Assembly: GCA_963744125.1 (NCBI GenBank)
Contig: CAVUSG010000011.1
Location: 12,182-76,181, forward strand
Direction: 5' to 3'
From: an uncultured Acidobacteriaceae bacterium
Lineage (GTDB): Bacteria > Acidobacteriota > Terriglobia > Terriglobales > Acidobacteriaceae
DNA: 64,000 nucleotides
Within the stretch, counting starts at the first letter, position 1; the number at the start of each line of letters is the position of its first letter. A program made the position numbers and the translations under genes. Below the pieces are notes generated by a model. That model was given only the letters and a program-made list of their open reading frames with translations, did not search any database and was not told where the DNA came from. Of the stretch, positions 56,698-64,000 are shown in pieces.

Positions 56698-57722
56698 TGC
56701 GATATGGATTCTGGCTTCCGGTATTTGGCGGGTGGTTGCGAAATGTCGAAGACGAGCAGATGGCGGCTACGTGGGAGTATGTGCGCGATCTGACGGTGAA
56801 GGCCGAGCAGATTGGCTATGACCTGACGCTGATTGCGGAGCTGAATCTGAACGATATCAAGGGCGTGGATGCGGACTCGCTGGATGCGTGGTCGACGACT
56901 GCTGCTCTGGCTGCGGTGACGAAGAAGTTGGAGCTGATGGTGGCGGTGCGGCCTACGTTTCATAATCCGGCGCTGCTGGCGAAGCAGGCTGCGACGGTGG
57001 ATCGGATTTCGAATGGGCGGCTGACGCTGAATGTGGTGTCGAGCTGGTGGAAGGATGAGGCGACGAAGTACGGCGTGCAGTTTGATGAACATGACAAGCG
57101 GTATGCGCGGACTTCGGAGTGGCTGGACGTGATCAGCGGGTGCTGGTCGCAGCAGCATTTTTCGTTCAAGGGTGAGTTCTACGATGTGCAGGAGAATGTG
57201 CTTTCGCCGAAGCCTAAGGCTTCGCCGCGGCCTACGCTGTATGCGGGTGGGGAGTCGGAGACGGCGAAGAATCTGATTGCTTCGAAGTGCGATTCGTACC
57301 TGATGCATGGGGATCCGCCGGAGATTGTGGGGGAGAAGATCAAGGATATGCGGCGGCGGCGTGAGGCGATGGGGCTGGGGCCGATGACGTATGGGATTGC
57401 CGGGTACGCGATTGTGCGGGACAGCGAGGCTGAGGCGCTGAAAGAGGTCGACCGGATTACGGATGTGCAGCAGTCGGCGCAGGGGTATAAGAACTATCAG
57501 CAGTGGATTACGGGGTCGAACCTGGAGCAGAAGATTTCGCTGAAGGACTATTCGGTTTCGAACCGTGGGCTGCGGAGCGGGTTTGTGGGGACGCCGGAGC
57601 AGATCTCGGAACGGATGGAGGAGTTTACGGCTGTGGGGGTGGATCTGGTGCTGCTGCAATCCAGTCCTCAGGCGCAGGAGATGGAGCGGTTTGGGGCGCA
57701 GGTGATTCAAAACAAGGGCTAG
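56697..57722 (+). CDS. LLM-class flavin-dependent oxidoreductase (SsuD/SfnG-like)
   Basis: GFWLPVFGGW, AEQIGYD, AVRP...PALLAKQAATVDRISNGRL.LNVV, YAGGES, VGTPEQI. Confidence 0.88.
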   Translation: MRYGFWLPVFGGWLRNVEDEQMAATWEYVRDLTVKAEQIGYDLTLIAELNLNDIKGVDADSLDAWSTTAALAAVTKKLELMVAVRPTFHNPALLAKQAATVDRISNGRLTLNVVSSWWKDEATKYGVQFDEHDKRYARTSEWLDVISGCWSQQHFSFKGEFYDVQENVLSPKPKASPRPTLYAGGESETAKNLIASKCDSYLMHGDPPEIVGEKIKDMRRRREAMGLGPMTYGIAGYAIVRDSEAEALKEVDRITDVQQSAQGYKNYQQWITGSNLEQKISLKDYSVSNRGLRSGFVGTPEQISERMEEFTAVGVDLVLLQSSPQAQEMERFGAQVIQNKG

Positions 57723-57758
57723 TCTTTCTATACTGATACGGATATAATCAGGATTGGC

Positions 57759-58085
57759 ATGAAACCTTTACGGTTCCGCGGCGACTCACTGAAGGTGATT
57801 CGTGAGTTTGGCGAAGATGCCAAGCGGGATGCCGGTTATCAGTTGGATCGTGTGCAACGCGGTATTGAGCCTTCGGACTTCAAACCGATGCCTACTGTTG
57901 GGCGTGGCGTAAAGGAGATTCGAGTGTGGGACGATACGGGCACCTATCGCGTGATGTATACGGCGCAACTGGTAGAGGCGGTCTATGTGCTTCATGCGTT
58001 TCAAAAGAAGACCCAGACGACTTCGAAACGCGATATTGATTTGGCGCGGAGACGATTAGCTGAGTTGATGCAGGAGGCAGGATGA
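57759..58085 (+). CDS. higB: RelE/HigB (Gp49-like) toxin
   Basis: GYQLDRVQRG..P.DFKPM..VG.GV.EIR...GTYRVMY...VYVLHAFQKKT; TATAAT at 57743. Confidence 0.88.
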   Translation: MKPLRFRGDSLKVIREFGEDAKRDAGYQLDRVQRGIEPSDFKPMPTVGRGVKEIRVWDDTGTYRVMYTAQLVEAVYVLHAFQKKTQTTSKRDIDLARRRLAELMQEAG

Positions 58086-58363
58086 AGAAGACGATTGAAT
58101 ATGAGAGTGTGTGGGATGCGATTGCTGATACTCCTGAAGAGGCTGCGAATCTGCGGGCGCGGGCGGAGTTGATGCAGCAGATTGAGGCGATTGTGAAGAC
58201 TGCCGGGTGGACGCAGGTTGAAGCGGCGAAGCGGTGCGGAGTTACGCAGCCGCGGATGAATGACTTGTTGCGGGGACGAGTGTCTCGGTTTTCGCTGGAT
58301 GCCCTGGTGAATATGGCGACGGCGCTCGGACGGCGGGTGCGAGTTGAGGTTGAGGCCGCGTGA
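58082..58363 (+). CDS. higA: XRE HTH antitoxin
   Basis: SVWDAIAD, WTQ.EAA...GVTQPRMNDLLRG..SRFSLDAL; ATGA overlap. Confidence 0.88.
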   Translation: MKKTIEYESVWDAIADTPEEAANLRARAELMQQIEAIVKTAGWTQVEAAKRCGVTQPRMNDLLRGRVSRFSLDALVNMATALGRRVRVEVEAA

Positions 58364-58475
58364 TTCGGTGATGCGGAACCACACGTGGTACGGGTAAGGA
58401 AAAACGGGGTGCGGCGTAGGGCGCGGAGGTGGGAGAATTACGGGACTGAGAGAATTTTAAGGAGCGCTGAACTTA

Positions 58476-60005
58476 ATGCCGAATCTGCCTGAAGACGATA
58501 TCCGTATCCACTATCACGATGAGATGCCGCGGGGTGCGCGGATCAAGGTGATTGGGGTGGGCGGCGGCGGGAATAATGCCGTGAACCGGATGATCGCGGC
58601 GAACGTGGTGGGGGTTGAGTTTATTGCGGCGAATACGGATGTGCAGGCGCTGCAGATCTCACACGCTCCGGTGAAGTTGCAGCTTGGTGTGAAGCTGACG
58701 AACGGGTTGGGCGCGGGGGCGAATCCGGATGTAGGGCGGCGGGCGGCGCTCGAGGATTCGGACAAGATTATTGAGGCGCTGGAAGGCGCGGACATGGTGT
58801 TTGTGACGGCGGGGCTGGGCGGCGGTACGGGTACGGGTGCTGCTCCGGTGATTGCTAGCCTGGCGAGTGAGATGGGCGCGTTGACGGTGGCGGTGGTGAC
58901 GCGGCCGTTTGCGTTTGAGGGTAAGCGGCGGCTGATGCAGGCAGAGCGCGGGATGCAGGAGTTGCTGGAGTGCGTCGATACAGTGATCGTGATTCCGAAT
59001 GAGAAGCTGCTGGCGGTGGCGAAGGACGCTGGGTTCTTTGAGAGCTTCCGGATTGCGGATGATGTGCTGCGGCAGGGTGTGCAGGGGATTTCTGACATTA
59101 TTACGATTCCGGGCGTGATCAACCGCGACTTTGCGGACGTGAAGACGACGATGGCGGGGATGGGCTATGCGGTGATGGGGACGGCGATGCGCTCGGGTGC
59201 GAACAGGGCGGTGGAGGCTGCGATGGCTGCGATGGCTTCTCCACTGCTGGAGGCTGGGGCGATCGATGGGGCGCGGGGGATTCTGATCAACATTACGGGA
59301 TCGAACAACCTGAAGCTAAGCGAGGTGAATGAGGCTTCGACGATCATCCAGAATGCGGCGCATGAGGACGCGAACATCATCTTCGGCGCGGTGCAGGATG
59401 AGACGATGGGCGATGACGTGAAGATCACGGTGATTGCTACGGGCTTCAAACAGCAGCAGATGCCGCAGCGGCGGGAGCGGATGCTGGCGGAGTCGACGCT
59501 GCCAACGATGCGGTACGACGTGCCGGGATTGAATGTGCCGATACGGCCTCGGGTGGATGCGGTGCGACCTGCGGAGGAGGCGAAGCCCGCGGAGGTGAAG
59601 GTTGCCGCTGAGCCTGAGCCGGAGGTTATGGCGGAGGTGGACCACGGGATTTTGAGTTCGGGCGCGGCTCCCGTCGAGTTGATTCCGGTGCCGGCTTCGG
59701 TGTTTGATGATGATTTTTTCAAGGCGGCTTTGCCGGCGCGCTTTTCGGATGCGCCGAAGGTCGAGGCTCCGGTTAAAGAGGCTGAGGTGCGACCGATTTC
59801 CACGGCTTACGTCCAATCTGAGGAGGTTGTGGAAGTTACGATGCGCTCGGCGGTTATGAGCAATCCGATTCCTACGGAAGTTCTAGAGACAACGGAACAG
59901 CCGGTGCGGCCGGGGTCTTTTGCGGCCAGAACCGGGCTGGAAAGGGAGTTGGCGGAGCCCGATGAGCTTGATATTCCAGCGTTTTTGCGGCGCGGCAACG
60001 CTTAA
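58476..60005 (+). CDS. ftsZ: Cell division protein FtsZ with long C-terminal linker
   Basis: [24 protein letters not shown], terminal [10 protein letters not shown]. Confidence 0.98.
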   Translation: MPNLPEDDIRIHYHDEMPRGARIKVIGVGGGGNNAVNRMIAANVVGVEFIAANTDVQALQISHAPVKLQLGVKLTNGLGAGANPDVGRRAALEDSDKIIEALEGADMVFVTAGLGGGTGTGAAPVIASLASEMGALTVAVVTRPFAFEGKRRLMQAERGMQELLECVDTVIVIPNEKLLAVAKDAGFFESFRIADDVLRQGVQGISDIITIPGVINRDFADVKTTMAGMGYAVMGTAMRSGANRAVEAAMAAMASPLLEAGAIDGARGILINITGSNNLKLSEVNEASTIIQNAAHEDANIIFGAVQDETMGDDVKITVIATGFKQQQMPQRRERMLAESTLPTMRYDVPGLNVPIRPRVDAVRPAEEAKPAEVKVAAEPEPEVMAEVDHGILSSGAAPVELIPVPASVFDDDFFKAALPARFSDAPKVEAPVKEAEVRPISTAYVQSEEVVEVTMRSAVMSNPIPTEVLETTEQPVRPGSFAARTGLERELAEPDELDIPAFLRRGNA

Positions 60006-60157
60006 GTGGTAGATTTGTGCGATGTTTGATGTATTGCGCGATTAGCTGAAGCGATTAATGATGCTCTCAGCAGAGGATGGTACTTCGATTGCTCGATATT
60101 GAGGGACTAGCAGTGGTAAGGGTTCAGGATTCAAAGGGCTAGGTTCAAAGGGGCTAT

Positions 60158-61411
60158 ATGTCGAGATTGGTTCGTCTGTTGGGCGGTGTGGTTTTCTGTC
60201 TTGGGGTTAGCGGGGCGACCGGGTGGGCGGTGCCGACGACGAAGACGCATCATGCCCCGGCCAAGGGAGTGGTTTCGCACACGACCAGTGCCAAGGCGAA
60301 GACGACTGCCAGGAGTACCACGGCGAAGAGCACTGCTTCAAAGAGCGCGACGGGGAAGGTTGTTGCCAGGACGACGGTGCATGCGCGTGGCGCTCGTCCC
60401 ACGCTGGCGGTTCGGCGGACGCGTTACCGGGAGCGTTTTACGGCGAGCTCGTTTGCCGATAATTTGACGCTGGGTGATGTAGTTGAGGGCGAAGATCCGA
60501 CGGTGCGCGAGGCGGCGATCGAGGCACTGGGCAACATGAATGGGACTGCGGTTGCGATCGATCCTTCGAATGGGCGCATTCTGGCGATGGTGAACCAGAA
60601 GCTGGCACTGTCGCGAGGGGCGGAGCCTTGTTCGACGATTAAATTGACGGTGGCGCTGGCGGCTCTTGAAGAAGGGATCGTGACCAGAGACACGCCGGTG
60701 AACCTGGGACACGGATACCACCTAACTTTGACTGATGCGCTGGCGCACTCGAACAATCTTTATTTCGAGACTCTGGGGCGGTCGCTTGGGTTTGAACGAG
60801 TGAAGCATTATGCAAACGAGTTTGGATTGGGTGAACTGGCTGGATACAACATTGAGGGAGAGCAACTGGGGACTTATCCCGATGAGGAGTTGCCGGCGGC
60901 GCTGGGTGGCGTAGGCAGGATGTGTTCCTTTGGAGAGAGCGTGTCGATGACCCCGCTGCAACTGGGGGCGATCGTGTCGGCAATTGCGAACGGCGGGACT
61001 CTGTACTATCTGCAGCATCCGCAGACGGCAGATGAGGTGGCCGCGTTTCAGCCGCGCGTGAAGCGGACACTGGATATCGCGCCGCTGATCTCGGAGATGC
61101 AGGACGGGATGGAGGGGGCGGTGGAGTATGGCACCGCGCGGAGTCTTCGGGCGAATTTTAGTGAATTTCCGGTGATGGGGAAGACGGGGACCTGCTCGAA
61201 CAATGGGACGCGGTTCGGGTGGTTCGCGTCGTTTGCGGATACACCGAACGGACGGATTGTGACGGTGATCTTTCTGGAGGGCGGGAGACCGACGTTCGGA
61301 CCGAAAGCGGCGGAGTTGACGGGACAGTTCTACAGGGCGCTGTGGGATAAGAGCTACTTCAATCCGAAGAATGCTCCTGCTGTGGAGCCCATAATCGCGG
61401 GTGGGAACTAG
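60158..61411 (+). CDS. Transpeptidase-domain-only penicillin-binding protein
   Basis: Signal peptide, Lys/Thr-rich region, STIK (SxxK), SNN (SxN), KTG. Confidence 0.85.
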   Translation: MSRLVRLLGGVVFCLGVSGATGWAVPTTKTHHAPAKGVVSHTTSAKAKTTARSTTAKSTASKSATGKVVARTTVHARGARPTLAVRRTRYRERFTASSFADNLTLGDVVEGEDPTVREAAIEALGNMNGTAVAIDPSNGRILAMVNQKLALSRGAEPCSTIKLTVALAALEEGIVTRDTPVNLGHGYHLTLTDALAHSNNLYFETLGRSLGFERVKHYANEFGLGELAGYNIEGEQLGTYPDEELPAALGGVGRMCSFGESVSMTPLQLGAIVSAIANGGTLYYLQHPQTADEVAAFQPRVKRTLDIAPLISEMQDGMEGAVEYGTARSLRANFSEFPVMGKTGTCSNNGTRFGWFASFADTPNGRIVTVIFLEGGRPTFGPKAAELTGQFYRALWDKSYFNPKNAPAVEPIIAGGN

Positions 61412-61450
61412 CAAGGCGTTTTCTGCGGCCGGGATTGATAACTATGTGAT

Positions 61451-61488
61451 GGGCCGAAGGGCTTGGACTGCCTTCGGCTCTTTTCTTT
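61451..61488 (+). terminator. Intrinsic terminator
   Basis: gggccgaagg/ccttcggctc stem followed by TTTTCTTT. Confidence 0.75.
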
Positions 61489-61538
61489 GGGCGGGTGTGC
61501 GAGTTGGCGTAAGCGGCTGGATGAGGTAGAAGTTTGAT

Positions 61539-63155
61539 ATGGAGATTCTTTCAGCGGCGGAGATGCGCGAGACCGACCGGAGAACGGCGGAGGAATTTGG
61601 AGTCAGCCGGGATGAGTTGATGGAGCGTGCAGGCGCGGCGGTGGCGCGGTTCTGCTTGACGCATTATGAGGCTGCCGAGCGGGTAATGGTGCTTTGCGGG
61701 AAAGGGAACAATGGCGGCGATGGACTGGTGGCGGCACGGCATATGGGCCGACGTGGGCGTAGTGTTCGTGTGTTACTGACGGGGAAGGAAAGTGGCTTCA
61801 AAGGAGAGGCTGCGGGAGCGCTGGAGCGGCTGAAGAGCGAGGTACCGGAGGTTGTGGTGCAGGAGCTGCGACCTGAGAACGCAGAGAGACAGATGGGCGA
61901 GGCGCTGGAGTGGGCTGAGCTGATCGTCGATGCGGTGGTGGGGACGGGATTCAAGCCGCCGCTGACTGGAGCTGCAGCGACTCTGCGGGATAGGGTTGCG
62001 GCAGTGAGGGTGCCGGTGGTGGCAGTGGATGTGCCTTCGGGATGGGATGCGGATTCGACGAAGCAGAGCAGTGAGGGGGCTTTTCGAGCCGACGCGGTGG
62101 TGACGTTTACGGCGCCGAAGATGGCACATGTGTTTGGGCATCTGACCGGAGGTGCGCTGGATCGGGGAACGTTTGGGCCGGTGGTGGTGGCGGATATCGG
62201 GTCGCCCGCTGAAGCTGTTGTTTCGGCGACGGGGCGGCGGTGGACGGGGTCAGCTAAGAGTGTCGCGGAGAGTCCGCGTAAGGTGAATTCGAATAAGGGT
62301 GAGTTTGGGCATGTGCTGCTGGTGGGAGGGAGTTATGGGAAGGCCGGTGCGGCGGGGATGGCTTCGCTGGCGGCGCTGAGGACGGGCGCGGGGCTGGTGA
62401 CGGCGGCGGTGCCAAAGAGCATTGCGGATACGGTGGCTCGTGTGGCTCCCGAGTTGATGGTGGTGCCGCTGGCGGAGGGTGAAGAGGGGGCGATCTCGTT
62501 CAAGAACCTGGAGGGGGTGAAGCTGGACCGGCTGCTGAAGAAGATTTCAGTGGTGGCGGTGGGGCCAGGGTTGTCGACGGATGGGGATGCTCCGGCATTT
62601 GCGCGGCAGATGGTGGAGAAGACGACGCTGCCGGTGGTGATCGATGCCGACGCGCTGAACGCGTTTGAAGGGCGGGAGAAGCTGCTGGATGGTTCGGGGA
62701 GGGTGATGGTGCTGACGCCGCATCCTGGCGAGATGGCGCGGCTGGTTGGAATGACCGTGAAGCAGGTGGAGGCGGACCGGGTGGGTCTGGCCCAGCGATT
62801 TGCGACGCAGCATAAGCTGACGCTGGTGTTGAAGGGATGGCGGACGGTGGTGGCGCATCCGGATGGGACGATTGCGATCAATACGTCGGGGAATCCAGCG
62901 ATGGCGAAGGGTGGAAGCGGCGATATTCTGACGGGAATAGTGGCGGCGATGCTGGCGCAGTATCCGAACGAGGTGGCGAAGGCGGTGGAAGCCGCGGTGT
63001 ATCTGCATGGACTGGCGGCGGATTTTGCAGCGCATGCGATGGATGAGCATACTGTACTTGCAACCGATACGGTTACACATCTTTCGGATGCGTTTCGGTA
63101 TCGGACCACGGACGCAGATGGGCTGACCTGGATCTGCGGATTGAACGACAGATGA
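61539..63155 (+). CDS. nnr: Bifunctional NAD(P)H-hydrate epimerase/dehydratase
   Basis: GKGNNGGDG, DA..GTG, VDVPSG, GAGLVT, DADALN, TPHPGEM, GGSGDIL.G. Confidence 0.95.
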   Translation: MEILSAAEMRETDRRTAEEFGVSRDELMERAGAAVARFCLTHYEAAERVMVLCGKGNNGGDGLVAARHMGRRGRSVRVLLTGKESGFKGEAAGALERLKSEVPEVVVQELRPENAERQMGEALEWAELIVDAVVGTGFKPPLTGAAATLRDRVAAVRVPVVAVDVPSGWDADSTKQSSEGAFRADAVVTFTAPKMAHVFGHLTGGALDRGTFGPVVVADIGSPAEAVVSATGRRWTGSAKSVAESPRKVNSNKGEFGHVLLVGGSYGKAGAAGMASLAALRTGAGLVTAAVPKSIADTVARVAPELMVVPLAEGEEGAISFKNLEGVKLDRLLKKISVVAVGPGLSTDGDAPAFARQMVEKTTLPVVIDADALNAFEGREKLLDGSGRVMVLTPHPGEMARLVGMTVKQVEADRVGLAQRFATQHKLTLVLKGWRTVVAHPDGTIAINTSGNPAMAKGGSGDILTGIVAAMLAQYPNEVAKAVEAAVYLHGLAADFAAHAMDEHTVLATDTVTHLSDAFRYRTTDADGLTWICGLNDR

Positions 63156-63589
63156 GAGAGAAGCGGTTCAGGACACGGTCGGTAGAGGGGACGCTTGCGC
63201 TGGGAGAGACGTTGGTGGAGATGCTGCGCCCCCCTATGTTGGTGATCCTGCGAGGTGAGGTTGGGGCGGGGAAGACGACGCTGGTGAAGGGGATTGCTGC
63301 GGCGTTGGGGGCGGCGGCGGAGGAGGATGTGACCAGTCCTACGTTTACGCTGGTGCATGAGTATGAGAGCGAGAGAGTGCATCTGTTCCATCTCGATCTG
63401 TATAGGCTGGAGACGGAGGAGCAGATTGCGGTGCTGGGGTTGGAAGAGATGCTGGCTGAGCCGAATGCGCTGGTGCTGGTGGAGTGGGGGGAGCGGTTTG
63501 AGAGCGTTTTGAAGCTGGCGAGTGGGGAGATTGCCATGGAGCAGGGTGACGGGGATATGCGCGGGTTGCTGGTGCGGTGGAACGGGTAG
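63152..63589 (+). CDS. tsaE: t6A biosynthesis ATPase
   Basis: GEVGAGKTT, VTSPTFTLVHEY, HLDLYRL, LVEWGE. Confidence 0.95.
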   Translation: MREKRFRTRSVEGTLALGETLVEMLRPPMLVILRGEVGAGKTTLVKGIAAALGAAAEEDVTSPTFTLVHEYESERVHLFHLDLYRLETEEQIAVLGLEEMLAEPNALVLVEWGERFESVLKLASGEIAMEQGDGDMRGLLVRWNG

Positions 63590-63601
63590 GTTAAAAGCGA
63601 G

Positions 63602-63657
63602 AAGCAGGTCCTCCGCCTGCGGCGAAGGATGACAATCCAAATTACAAGGATGACAAA
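63602..63657. repeat. REP-like element AAGCAGGTCC...AGGATGACAA, copy 2, with duplicated AAGGATGACAA
   Basis: Similar to 7933-7968; lies between convergent genes. Confidence 0.65.
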
Positions 63658-63681
63658 TCAAATCTACCGATTGAGTTGAGA

Positions 63682-64000
63682 TCATTTCTCACCTCCAGCG
63701 GCGCGGCCGGTGTAGCGGTAGATGGCGCATTCTTCGTCGCCGGTGGAGCCGTATTCTTTTTGGGCGGCGATGGCGGCGAGGTCGGCTACGTGGTCTTCGG
63801 GGGACATGGGGATGGGGCCGAGAAAGAGGCGGGTGAAGGCGGGGTGACGGTCGAGGATGTCGCGGCACTCGGCGTTGACGTAGAGGAGGTCGAAGGCGGG
63901 CGGTTTGTTTTTGGGGAGTTTGGCGAATTGTGTTTCGATGCGGCGGAGGAGCGCTTTCAGGACGGGAGCTTCGAAGGGGTGGAAGAGGAAGGCTACGGTG
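63682..64000 (-). CDS. 3' end of a probable class I SAM-dependent methyltransferase (partial)
   Basis: Open frame TVAFLFHPFEAPVLKALL...LLYVNAEC...AIYRYTGRAAGGEK-stop running off the window edge. Confidence 0.5.
   Translation of the reverse strand, partial: TVAFLFHPFEAPVLKALLRRIETQFAKLPKNKPPAFDLLYVNAECRDILDRHPAFTRLFLGPIPMSPEDHVADLAAIAAQKEYGSTGDEECAIYRYTGRAAGGEK

Overview
High-GC bacterial chromosome segment, most likely from an Acidobacterium (Granulicella/Edaphobacter-like; inferred from the gene families, PEP-CTERM proteins and repeat types). The left part holds a TonB / M48-like / beta-barrel envelope operon, galE, an OFA-type MFS transporter with a small partner peptide, acs, a complete kdp locus with a split and divergently transcribed kdpD, a GAF-PAS kinase, a DAACS symporter, vapBC and dxs. 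The right half is the dcw cluster (mraZ-rsmH-ftsL-ftsI-murE-murF-mraY-murD-ftsW-murG//murC//ftsQ-ftsA//ftsZ), interrupted by three accessory blocks and followed by a transpeptidase-only PBP, nnr and tsaE. Many essential genes carry single-base frameshifts, almost certainly sequencing errors, so I reconstructed those genes across frames. The most unusual non-coding structure is at 5.9-7.75 kb: a CCCH zinc-finger-like gene bracketed by identical 21-bp direct repeats, next to a mosaic of palindromic repeat families and a six-unit hairpin array with unique spacers. Related repeats recur elsewhere, including one in frame inside a transporter gene. Other leads are a switch-like RNA structure between rsmH and ftsL and a coupled ATP-grasp/LLM pair between ftsA and ftsZ. 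No database searches were possible.
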